This document shows positions 23,162 through 31,265 of a stretch of 32,000 nt of DNA, piece after piece. This DNA is from Geotalea uraniireducens Rf4 (GTDB lineage: Bacteria > Desulfobacterota > Desulfuromonadia > Geobacterales > Geobacteraceae), in contig NC_009483.1 in NCBI RefSeq assembly GCF_000016745.1, forward strand, positions 4,200,001-4,232,000, in the 5' to 3' direction. The notes beneath the pieces are model-generated. The model saw only the letters and a list, made by a program, of their open reading frames with translations. It had not been told where the DNA came from and did no database searches. The number at the start of each line of letters is the position of its first letter. The first letter of the stretch is position 1. Both the position numbers and the translations under genes were made by a program.

Positions 23162-25378
23162 CTAAAGAAAAAAACTTAGGCGCTCCTTTTTGGCAAATTC
23201 GATAAAAGCCTCGGCAATGCCGTCTTGGGTCAAGCCGTCGTGATTGAACAGGTCGTGCTTGACGATCAGGTGTTCATGGGCATCCAGCACAAATTCGTTG
23301 AGGTCTTGCGGCGTGGCTTCGTAGCGATTAATCACTTCGGCGGCGATGTTCTTGGCAGGCGTCTTTTCTGCGCTGGCCACTGCCGGCAAGTCCTTGCGTT
23401 TCACAAATATCTTATCGCCGCTATTGTCCTTGCTCGGCTCCTTCATGGTGGCAAAAAAGATGTGGTAATCGTCCACCCTGGGGCAGAGCTTGTCGTCCCA
23501 CTTTTGCACGAATATCACGCTGGTTTTGGTGCCGGTGTGCGGCTTGAACACGTTGCCGTGCAACCCCACCACGGCCAGGATGCGGCAATGGTCGGCCAGG
23601 TATTCGCGGATGTATTTGTCGCTGGAGTTGTTAAAGCGGCCCTGCGGCAACACAATCGCCATCCGCCCGCCGGGCTTGATGAAGCTCAGATTGCGCTCGA
23701 TAAACAGGATGTCGCGACCGACATTGTTTTGGTCTTTGATTTTTACCTTGCGGAACGAGCCGTCGGCCATTTTGTAGATGGTATCAAAGCTGGCGCGCAA
23801 GCACTCCGGGAAAGTCGGCACGCGCTGGGTCGCATCCTCGATGTTCTTGTCGTTCTCATCGACCTTGCTAATCTTGTCCAGGCTCACGGTTCGTGCCAAT
23901 TCATATTTGGCCAGAATACGGGTTTCCTTGATGTCACCCGCAAACGGTGGATTGGCCATGAGGATGTCAAAGGAGAAGTCCCTGTCTTGCTCTTTGGCCG
24001 CTCTCTGTTTGCGCAGCTTTTTCCAGCCTTCGCTGTAAATGTCAGTCCAATTTTGGTCTTTGGTTTTTTCGTCCCAACGTTCGTAATCCAAGGTGTTGAG
24101 GTGCAGCACGTTGGTTTGGCCGTCACCGGCGATCAGGTTCAGGGTCCGGCCTACGCGCACGGCCTTTTCGTCAAAGTCGATGGCAAATACTTTATCCTGC
24201 ACGTAGTCTGTCTCGCGCGGTGTGCGTTGCTCTGTAGTGAAGTGATCGCTTATGGGTAAGCCAAGATCACGCCGGATCTGATGCCAGACATGAAAAATGG
24301 TGTGCACCGGAAAGCCGCAACTACCAGCGGCGGTGTCGATTATCGATTCGTGCTCCTGCGGATTGAGCATCTTGACGCACATATCAATTACGTAGCGCGG
24401 AGTGAAATACTGCCCTTTCTCCCCCTTGCTGCTTTTATTGATGAGATACTCGAAAGCCTCATCCACCACGTCCAGATTGGAGTTAAACAGCTTCACCCCT
24501 TCCAGTGACGATACGCACACAGCCAGGTGGCTGGGGGTGAGATCGATTTTTGCGCCATCGGGAAATACCCCTTCCCACTTGCCGCGAGCTTTGTCGAACA
24601 ACTCCTGGATTTTGGCTTTGAGTTCGGTTTCGGTGTCGCCATAGTTTCTAAAAATGAGATGGCGCTTTTTGTCGCGCCCACTTTCCATTTCGTCATACAG
24701 CTTGGTAAAGATTAGTTTGAACAGCTCCTCAAAGACATCCACGCCGGCGTTGGCGAGAACTTCATCCTCCATCTCCAGAATCAGGTCTTTGAGCGATTTC
24801 TTTTGATTGACCAGGACGTCGTGTTTTACAAGGTCGTCAAGCGTCCAGCGCGCTGTCAGGATGTCGGAAAGCTTTTCATGGGCCGAGGGGATGGCAGGGA
24901 TAGGCTCAAAGTAGTTCGGGTCTTTACGGTGATAGAACGAAATGCTGTCACCATTACTCCAGACCCCCATAGGTGCGCCACTGAAATTGCAATAACTTTT
25001 GAGCTGTTCTTTGCCATCTTTGAGTTTGGGCTTCTTTAACTCCACCAAGATGTAAGGGGTAGTTGTTTTGTCCTTATCAAAAACACAGATATCAACCCGC
25101 TTTTTTTCGCGACCACGAGTTACGTCGTATTCAAGAGAAAGGCGATTGATTGGATAGTCCAGATCATCTTTGAGCACCATCACATACAACTGGCGCACAG
25201 CTTCCTCGGGCGTGAGCTTGATCGGTTTGCCGCGCACCAGGCAAGAGACGTAAGGGGCGGGATTCTTCTCCGTCTCCTTCATCGTGATGCTAGCCTCTAA
25301 TGCTTGAATTTGAGCTGGTTTAAATTGCGTGAGCTTGTAGGCGCTGTCTTTGAGTAGTTCGGCCAGTGTGATCGTCAT
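23162..25378 (-). CDS. N6-adenine DNA methyltransferase with N-terminal PD-(D/E)xK (HsdR-N-type) nuclease-like domain, a putative R-M fusion subunit
   Basis: AGGAAA SD. N-terminal RVDICVFD...YILVELKKPK. Methyltransferase motif I IIDTAAGSCGF and motif IV MANPPFAG. 738 aa, with long spacers around motif IV. Confidence 0.8.
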   Translation of the reverse strand: MTITLAELLKDSAYKLTQFKPAQIQALEASITMKETEKNPAPYVSCLVRGKPIKLTPEEAVRQLYVMVLKDDLDYPINRLSLEYDVTRGREKKRVDICVFDKDKTTTPYILVELKKPKLKDGKEQLKSYCNFSGAPMGVWSNGDSISFYHRKDPNYFEPIPAIPSAHEKLSDILTARWTLDDLVKHDVLVNQKKSLKDLILEMEDEVLANAGVDVFEELFKLIFTKLYDEMESGRDKKRHLIFRNYGDTETELKAKIQELFDKARGKWEGVFPDGAKIDLTPSHLAVCVSSLEGVKLFNSNLDVVDEAFEYLINKSSKGEKGQYFTPRYVIDMCVKMLNPQEHESIIDTAAGSCGFPVHTIFHVWHQIRRDLGLPISDHFTTEQRTPRETDYVQDKVFAIDFDEKAVRVGRTLNLIAGDGQTNVLHLNTLDYERWDEKTKDQNWTDIYSEGWKKLRKQRAAKEQDRDFSFDILMANPPFAGDIKETRILAKYELARTVSLDKISKVDENDKNIEDATQRVPTFPECLRASFDTIYKMADGSFRKVKIKDQNNVGRDILFIERNLSFIKPGGRMAIVLPQGRFNNSSDKYIREYLADHCRILAVVGLHGNVFKPHTGTKTSVIFVQKWDDKLCPRVDDYHIFFATMKEPSKDNSGDKIFVKRKDLPAVASAEKTPAKNIAAEVINRYEATPQDLNEFVLDAHEHLIVKHDLFNHDGLTQDGIAEAFIEFAKKERLSFFL

Positions 25379-25452
25379 GAAGTTTTCCTATGCTATGTTC
25401 GGTTAAGTTCTTGTTGTTGATTACAGTTTTAAGTGCCGCCCATGGTTGGATG

Positions 25453-26334
25453 CTACAAATCATATTCAAAAAAATCCGAATCAACCTTTTTAATTTCGTA
25501 AATTGACTCTACAGAGACACCGACACCATGATCGATCATATATTCTGCGAGTTGGGAGCCATCGATAAGAATGATACGAGAAGAATACTCTTTTACTGAG
25601 GCAAGAGCGTCTTTGGTGAAATTAGAAGTGGTAATGAATATACCTTTTGAAGCTTTTTTTTTAGAAAGGGCGCCTGCAAATTGGTCGATGTCTGGGCTAC
25701 CAACGGGTTTATCAGTCCATCGTTTTGCTTGAATATAGATGTTGTCTAGGCCAAGTTTATCTTCTCTGATAACACCATCTATTCCACCATCGCCAGTTTT
25801 GCCAACCGCTTGACCAGCATCTTTCAATGATCCGCCATAACCCATTTTGACTAGTAAAAGAATTACGAGCCTTTCAAAAAACTGCGGTGAACATTTTTTT
25901 ACTTTATCAAGAATCTCAGAAGCTAATGCATGTCGAATTTGCTCATAATGCGATGCAATTGATTCAATTGGCGTGTCATGTGGCGTTGAGTCATTTTCTT
26001 TTTTACTCTTCTTCTTGCCTTGAAATTCCAGAAATTCCGCAAATTGTGACAAAAGTTTATTGTCAATTCGACTTGGCTTTTTCTTGAGAACGTCAACACC
26101 TCTTTGAGTAATTTTGAAAAAGCCGCGTCGAGTAGCTTCCAGTAGGCCGGCTTTTTGTAAATATGTTCTCGCCCATGAAGCTCTGGACGAAAATTTGAAT
26201 GTCCCCCCGCTTGGCAACAATTCTTTTCTTTCCTCTTCTGTTAGCTTGAAATCATCAGCCAACTGGTCAATCGCTGCGGACAGTTGCAGTTCGTTGCCAT
26301 TCGCTTTGGCTGCGATTTGCATCAATGGGAGCAT
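25453..26334 (-). CDS. mrr: Mrr-family (type IV, modification-dependent) restriction endonuclease
   Basis: N-terminal Mrr_N-type winged helix (ELLPSGGTFKFSSRASWARTYLQKAGLLE...RGFFKITQRG). C-terminal catalytic region GDGGIDGVI...IYIQAKRW. Confidence 0.85.
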   Translation of the reverse strand: MLPLMQIAAKANGNELQLSAAIDQLADDFKLTEEERKELLPSGGTFKFSSRASWARTYLQKAGLLEATRRGFFKITQRGVDVLKKKPSRIDNKLLSQFAEFLEFQGKKKSKKENDSTPHDTPIESIASHYEQIRHALASEILDKVKKCSPQFFERLVILLLVKMGYGGSLKDAGQAVGKTGDGGIDGVIREDKLGLDNIYIQAKRWTDKPVGSPDIDQFAGALSKKKASKGIFITTSNFTKDALASVKEYSSRIILIDGSQLAEYMIDHGVGVSVESIYEIKKVDSDFFEYDL

Positions 26335-26445
26335 AATGTAGATTCATAATCAGGAATAGGCATCTCAATATCTCCGTTTCTTGTTCATCCAACGGTTTCG
26401 CCAGTCACCTGACGTGAAGCGATGGTTCGGCTCTCGCAGCACTCG

Positions 26446-26838
26446 TTACGCTGCCAGCTCTTGCAGCACCTCGGGATGTCGTGAAGCTACTTTCAGTAAG
26501 GTAGCTGCCGCTCCGGATGGCATTTTTCGCCCCTGCTCCCATTCCTGAAGCGTACGCACCGAAACTCCAAGAAGCTTGGCAAATGCAGCTTGAGACAATC
26601 CCGTTGCCGCTCTTGCTGTAGCGACCAGAGCTTTTTCAGCCGGGATGATTTCGTCTTTCTCTATTGTTCCGTCGCGTCTGGTAATAATGCGACGAACTGA
26701 CCCGTCCGGTTGTGTAATAAATTCGGTTTTCCTAGCCCAATCGCCGCGTTTCATTTCGCGTAAGGACTGCAAAAGCTCAGCGTTAAGATCCCGCTTTTTT
26801 TCCCATGCAGCCAGTTCTTTTTCAGACAATTTAACCAT
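26446..26838 (-). CDS. higA: HigA2-like antitoxin with C-terminal XRE-type HTH
   Basis: ATG 26838 is preferred (AAGGAGG 9 nt upstream). It overlaps the toxin stop as ATGGTTAA. HTH: TGLSQAAFAKLLGVSVRTLQEWEQGRKMP. Confidence 0.8.
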   Translation of the reverse strand: MVKLSEKELAAWEKKRDLNAELLQSLREMKRGDWARKTEFITQPDGSVRRIITRRDGTIEKDEIIPAEKALVATARAATGLSQAAFAKLLGVSVRTLQEWEQGRKMPSGAAATLLKVASRHPEVLQELAA

Positions 26839-27145
26839 TTTCAAATACCTCCTTGAGGCGTCTCAGCAATTTGGGGTCTATGTTTTCTTGTACGTTTTTC
26901 GCATACATTGTCACCAGCACTATCTGTCCGGGATTGAGACGTAGGAAATAAATCACCCGCACGCCTCCCCGCTTGCCACGTCCCTCGATTGCCCATCGCA
27001 GTTTCCGGCAGCCGCCGGAGTGAGGGATAACGTCGCCCTTATCAGGGTGTTCAGTCAGATAAAGCTGAAGTGCCGCGAATTCGTCATCGTTCAGATACTT
27101 GTCACGAACAGTGGCAAATGGATGCAATTCGATGAATGTGAGCAT
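26831..27145 (-). CDS. higB: HigB2/RelE-superfamily toxin
   Basis: 104 aa. GGCRKLRWAIEGRGKRGGVRVIYF...IVLVTMYAKN signature. The toxin-first gene order is typical of HigBA. Confidence 0.8.
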   Translation of the reverse strand: MLTFIELHPFATVRDKYLNDDEFAALQLYLTEHPDKGDVIPHSGGCRKLRWAIEGRGKRGGVRVIYFLRLNPGQIVLVTMYAKNVQENIDPKLLRRLKEVFENG

Positions 27146-27156
27146 GATTTAAATAT

Positions 27157-27169
27157 ACGTCTTAGACGT
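27157..27169. promoter_or_regulatory. Palindrome ACGTCT-T-AGACGT just upstream of the toxin start, a possible TA operator
   Basis: Perfect 6+1+6 palindrome 12 nt upstream of ATG 27145, embedded in an AT-rich tract (tttaaatat) that could serve as a -10 region. Confidence 0.3.
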
Positions 27170-27316
27170 AGACTGGTCAAGGGGAAATATTTTCATTTTC
27201 TTCTTTCGCCTTTATTCTGCCGAACATATTGGTCAGCTGATCCGCTACTAAATATACAATCACGCATAAAGCCGCATTGAATCACGAAATACGGATTTCA
27301 ATTAACGCAACCAGCA

Positions 27317-27342
27317 TAAAAAACAACACCGGTTTTTAACCG
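27317..27342 (-). terminator. Intrinsic terminator candidate after the dehydratase gene
   Basis: On the minus strand: CGGTT-AAA-AACCG followed by GTGTTGTTTTTTAT, 10 nt after the stop. The stem is short. Confidence 0.35.
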
Positions 27343-27352
27343 AGCCTTTTTT

Positions 27353-27766
27353 TCACATCTTCCCCACCGCCAGGGTGAGCGTGGCAGAAGCAATGACCTT
27401 TCCTTCCGACCGCACCTCCCCCTCCACCAGGTGGAGCGTGCCGAAGGATTTGACGATGCGGGTCGCGACCAGGAGCCTTGCACCGGCAGGCACTGCGGCA
27501 GGCAGTTCCCCCCGCTCGATGGCGGCAAGGACCCCACCTGCCCCTTCCTGCTGGCCTGCGGCGATGCCGCCCAGCTGGGCCATGGATTCCAGGAGGAGCA
27601 CCGGCGGAAAACAACCGCAACCGGCAGTGACCACAACCTCACCTGTGGCGCACACCCCCGGTTCAAGGGTGATGATCCTGTCGACAAAGAGAAACGGGGA
27701 GCGATGGGGAAGATAGTGGGAGGGGTCAGGGTTGAACAGGGTCGCCTCCCCTGAAATCGATGGCAT
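27353..27766 (-). CDS. FabZ/FabA-like hot-dog fold (3-hydroxyacyl-ACP) dehydratase homolog
   Basis: LPHRSPFLFVDRI and LLLESMAQLGG match FabZ signatures. The usual GHFP reads GCFP, so the catalytic His appears replaced. This ATG overlaps the upstream gene by 41 nt, so the start is uncertain. Confidence 0.7.
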   Translation of the reverse strand: MPSISGEATLFNPDPSHYLPHRSPFLFVDRIITLEPGVCATGEVVVTAGCGCFPPVLLLESMAQLGGIAAGQQEGAGGVLAAIERGELPAAVPAGARLLVATRIVKSFGTLHLVEGEVRSEGKVIASATLTLAVGKM

Positions 27767-28775
27767 AATACGGTCCTTCAGGTGAGGCAGCCAGATGCAG
27801 GCCGTTGCAGCCGGGCTGAAGCGCGAGAACGAGGGCTGTCATGGCAAGCCCCCCCATGGCAATCGAGCGGCCGATGAGCGGGGCGGTCTCCAGCCGGGTA
27901 ACGGCCGGCAGGCGGTCCAGAAGCGGCTTTTCGGCAGCCGCGGTGCCGGACAGACCAACGAGGCTTGCGTCCGTCACCCCGGCAAGGAGCCGATCGGCCC
28001 CTTCCCCTTCATGACCGGGGATAAGCCTGCCGATGGTCCGCACACACCCCACGCGTCCTCTGGCCGGGGCATTGCGCCGTCGGGCATGCGACCCTCTTTC
28101 CAGCACCAGAATGCCCGCCCCTTCGCCGAAACCGGCCCCATGGCGCCTTAGCTGGCCTGTGGCCGCGAATCCTTTCAGCATGGCAGGGGTGAGTTCATCC
28201 ACGCCTCCGGTCAGGATAATGTCCGCCCGATCCTCCTGCAGGAAGCGGCAGGCCATCATGAAAGCCGACTCGGCAGAGCAGAAACGCTGGACAAATGTGA
28301 CGTTGGGCCCCTTCAGGCCGTGCTCGATGGAGGCGTTGCTGGCCGATGCATTGGGAACCGTGTTGGGAAAGAGCATCGGCGTCAGCCCTTCGGCGCCGGC
28401 GGTAAAGTAACCGCGGAGGAACTCTTCCGAGTTGGCGATGCCGCCGAAACCGCAACCGAGGACAATGCCGATCCGGTCGGCATCGAGAGTGGCCGGTTCA
28501 ATGCCGGCGTCCTTGAGGGCCATGCCCGTGGCGACAACCGCAAACTGGCTGCAACGGTCGAATTTGCGGGCCTTGAGCGGCGGTATGAAGTCGACTGCCC
28601 TGAAACCATCCGCCTTCCCCCACAGGTGCCCCGATTCGCCGAGGATATCCGCCGGGACAGGTTTAAGCAGGCTTTCGCCGCGGCTCAAGGCTTCGCGTAA
28701 GCTGTCGAGCCCGACGCCGGCCGCCGAGATGGCGGCCATGCCGCTGAGTACTATGTCGTTGCCAATATCGCTCAT
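27726..28775 (-). CDS. Beta-ketoacyl synthase-like protein lacking the His-His dyad (chain-length-factor-like partner)
   Basis: Thiolase fold: GPNVTFVQRFCSAESAF...ILTGGVDE...GFGEGAGILVLE. No HxTAP or NxHGT motifs in the shortened C-terminal half (349 aa). ATGA start/stop overlap with the upstream KS. Confidence 0.75.
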   Translation of the reverse strand: MSDIGNDIVLSGMAAISAAGVGLDSLREALSRGESLLKPVPADILGESGHLWGKADGFRAVDFIPPLKARKFDRCSQFAVVATGMALKDAGIEPATLDADRIGIVLGCGFGGIANSEEFLRGYFTAGAEGLTPMLFPNTVPNASASNASIEHGLKGPNVTFVQRFCSAESAFMMACRFLQEDRADIILTGGVDELTPAMLKGFAATGQLRRHGAGFGEGAGILVLERGSHARRRNAPARGRVGCVRTIGRLIPGHEGEGADRLLAGVTDASLVGLSGTAAAEKPLLDRLPAVTRLETAPLIGRSIAMGGLAMTALVLALQPGCNGLHLAASPEGPYYAIDFRGGDPVQP

Positions 28776-30022
28776 ATTCCCAACACCAGACTGGTGATGT
28801 TCCCCCCGAAAGCAAAGGAGTTGGAAAGCGCCACCTTCGCGGCGCTCTGCTTCGCACCCGGATGGCGGTAATCCAGGTCGCAGTCGGGGTCAGCCCCTCT
28901 GAAATTGAGGGTCTGCGGGATAACGCCCTCGTTCAGGGCAATGACCGTGGCCAGGGCCTCGATGGCCCCAGCCGCGCCAAGGCAGTGGCCGGTGAGGGCC
29001 TTGGTCGAAACCAGCGGCACCCCCATCGCTCGATTGCCGAATACCAGCTTCATCGCCTTTGTCTCCACCACATCGTTGAGCGGAGTCCCCGTGCCATGGG
29101 CATTGACCCAGCCGACCTCGTCAACGGAGACCCCGGCCTGGTTCATGGCTGCGGTCATTACCCGGGCCGCATCGGCGCCGCTCGGTTCCGGGGCGGTCAT
29201 GTGATAGGCCTCGCCGGCAACCGCATAGCCGAGAACATGGCCATAGACGCGTGCACCGCGACGTATGGCACTCTCTTCGTCTTCCAGCACCAGGAATGCC
29301 GCCCCTTCCCCCAGCGATATCCCCTGCCGTCCCAGGCTGAAGGGGGCGCAAGGTTCGGCATCGACCACCCGCAGGGAGTTGAATCCGGCAAAGGTGAGAA
29401 TGGAGAGACAGTCCGAACCGCCGCAGACAGCCGCCTTCAACCTGCCGGTGGCGATCAGGTCTGCCCCCCAGCCGATGGCGGTGGCCGACGAGGAGCAGGC
29501 TGTGGTGATGCTCCCCAGGTAGCCGCCAAGGTTGTAGGCGACGGCAATGGCCATCGAAGTCCGGTCAGGCAAAAGTCCGCGCAGGAGGGAAGGTTTTCCC
29601 TTCTTGCCGGCCAGGGTTTCTTTCAGCCACTCCTCGGCCTGGAGCATGCCGGCGGCGCCGGCCCCCATGGAAATGCCGATGTCGTAAGGGGAATAACAGC
29701 CGCAGACGCCGCTATTGTCCAAGGCCTCGCCGGCGGCGATGACGCCGAACTGGTCGGCGCGGGAGAGCTTTTTTGCCTGCTTTGCCGTGAAATGATCGAG
29801 CGGATCGAAGCCATGGACCTGGGCGCCGATCCCGGCGGCAAAAGGGCCGACATCGAACAGGTCGATCGGCCCAATGGCGCTGCGACCCTTCAGGAGCGCG
29901 TCGGTGAATGACGGCACATCTTTTCCGGCAGCGGAGAAGATGCCGAGACCGGTTATGGCTATTCTTTTACGTTCCATCATACTCTTCGTGGCGATCGCCG
30001 CCGTTTTCCTCACATGCAACAT
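28772..30022 (-). CDS. fabF: Beta-ketoacyl-ACP synthase II-like condensing enzyme
   Basis: Cys-His-His triad motifs ITTACSSSATAIG, EAYHMTAPEP and NAHGTGTPLND, plus GHCLGAAGAIE. The true start may be the ATG at 29977-29980 (MERKRIAITG). Confidence 0.9.
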   Translation of the reverse strand: MLHVRKTAAIATKSMMERKRIAITGLGIFSAAGKDVPSFTDALLKGRSAIGPIDLFDVGPFAAGIGAQVHGFDPLDHFTAKQAKKLSRADQFGVIAAGEALDNSGVCGCYSPYDIGISMGAGAAGMLQAEEWLKETLAGKKGKPSLLRGLLPDRTSMAIAVAYNLGGYLGSITTACSSSATAIGWGADLIATGRLKAAVCGGSDCLSILTFAGFNSLRVVDAEPCAPFSLGRQGISLGEGAAFLVLEDEESAIRRGARVYGHVLGYAVAGEAYHMTAPEPSGADAARVMTAAMNQAGVSVDEVGWVNAHGTGTPLNDVVETKAMKLVFGNRAMGVPLVSTKALTGHCLGAAGAIEALATVIALNEGVIPQTLNFRGADPDCDLDYRHPGAKQSAAKVALSNSFAFGGNITSLVLGI

Positions 30023-30082
30023 TTATCCATTAGTGTCCGATTAGAAGATTGCACTCTCCAAGCCATAAAAACCAGCACATTG

Positions 30083-30192
30083 CACCCTCCCCTAACCCCT
30101 CCCATCAAGGGAGGGGAGCTTTTAGGTCCCCTCGCCCCTTGTGGACCCAAACAGCGGGCCTAAAGGAGAGGGCTAGGGTGAGGGGAGAAGTG
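30083..30192. repeat. REP-like C/G-tract intergenic element with internal hairpin
   Basis: Sequence caccctcccctaacccctccc-atcaa-gggagggg ... ggagagggctagggtgaggggag. Hairpin CCCCTCCC/GGGAGGGG at 30096-30116. The outer arms are imperfectly complementary. Confidence 0.6.
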
Positions 30193-30312
30193 CGGATGCA
30201 AAAACTAACCAGACATTGCTACCCAGCATTTTAACCGCAAAGACACCAGGAGACAAAGCATTTCTTCAGGAAAAGGGGCGGTGTCCCGGTCATCGCTATT
30301 GGAAGTATGCCG

Positions 30313-31053
30313 TCATACTACGCCGCCGTCAACGACCAGGCACTGGCCGGTGATATACGACGCCCGCTCCGAGGCGAGGAACGCCACCGCCTCGGCAACC
30401 TCCTCGACCCTGCCGATCCGCCCCAGCGACGCGCTCTTGACGATTTTATCCACCATTTCGGGCTTCATGGCAGCGGTCATCTCCGTCTCGATCAGTCCCG
30501 GCGCCACGGCATTGACCCTGATCCCCATCGGCCCGACTTCCCTGGCCAGCGAACGGGTGAAACTCATCGCCGCCCCCTTGCTTGCTGCGTAGTTGGTCTG
30601 TCCGGCAGTGCCGGTCAGGGCGGAGATGGAGGAGAGGTTGACGATAATCCCGCGCCGGTTGCCGATCATCTTCCGCACCCCCCACTTGCAGCAGTGGAAC
30701 AGCGGGTAGAGGTTCCCCCTGAGCACCGCATCCCAGTCCTCGTCGGACATCATGGGGAGGTAGCCGTCGCGGATTATGCCGGCGTTGTTGACGAGGATAT
30801 CGATGGCGCCGCCGTCTCCTGCCGCTGCCTCCATAAGGGCCATGGCCCCCTCGGCGGTGGCAACGTCCGCCTTCACCGCACTGATCGTGCCTGCCAGACC
30901 GAAAGCCTCTTCCATCAAGGCCGCGGCCGCAGCATCGTTAGTCAGATAAGCAGCGGTGACCTGCGCCCCGAGCCGGGCGAAGTGCAGCGAGATGGCCCGG
31001 CCGATCCCTCTGGTGCCGCCGGTGACGACGACGATCTTGTCCTTGAACTCCAT
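30313..31053 (-). CDS. fabG: 3-oxoacyl-ACP reductase (SDR family)
   Basis: GAGGAG SD. Motifs TGGTRGIGRAI and NNAG, and the catalytic S...YAASKGA. Confidence 0.9.
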   Translation of the reverse strand: MEFKDKIVVVTGGTRGIGRAISLHFARLGAQVTAAYLTNDAAAAALMEEAFGLAGTISAVKADVATAEGAMALMEAAAGDGGAIDILVNNAGIIRDGYLPMMSDEDWDAVLRGNLYPLFHCCKWGVRKMIGNRRGIIVNLSSISALTGTAGQTNYAASKGAAMSFTRSLAREVGPMGIRVNAVAPGLIETEMTAAMKPEMVDKIVKSASLGRIGRVEEVAEAVAFLASERASYITGQCLVVDGGVV

Positions 31054-31080
31054 GGTTACTCCTCAATACATTTAGATCCA

Positions 31081-31255
31081 CCACGAAATCACGGAGAAAG
31101 GCAGAACCTATTTACCGCAAAGACGCGAAGAGAACCTAAAACCTTTTTGGATTTAAACCAAAAGATTCCAGGATCTTAAACCCGGTCTTTGTTTTTCTTT
31201 GCGTCTTTGCGGTTCGATGGTTCTCAGGTACTGCCTTTCCTCTGTGTCTCTGTGG
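31081..31255. repeat. Nested long hairpin (CCACGAAATCACGGAGAAAGGCAG / CTGCCTTTCCTCTGTGTCTCTGTGG; CCGCAAAGACGCGAAGA / TCTTTGCGTCTTTGCGG)
   Basis: Outer arms at 31081-31104 and 31231-31255; inner arms at 31115-31136 and 31195-31212. A lone related half-site, ccgcaaagacaccaggagac, lies at about 30235-30256. Confidence 0.75.
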
Positions 31256-31265
31256 CAAATGGTAG

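Larger units (their letters stand above)
19391..27352. other. AT-richer defence island of about 7.9 kb (seven co-directional minus-strand genes) between GC-rich flanks
   Basis: Base composition drops visibly; for example 22000-23100 and 25450-26340 are AT-rich, while the flanks are GC-rich. All encoded functions are restriction, TA or nuclease. No integrase, transposase or tRNA was seen. Confidence 0.7.

Noticed and set aside
19391-27352. Classical type I R-M system, possibly with a degraded hsdR, and integrase or tRNA att sites at the island edges.
   Set aside because: The intergenic gaps are all under 180 nt and no SF2 helicase motifs appear in any frame of the ORF track. No tRNA-like sequence, recombinase ORF or convincing direct repeat was seen at either junction.
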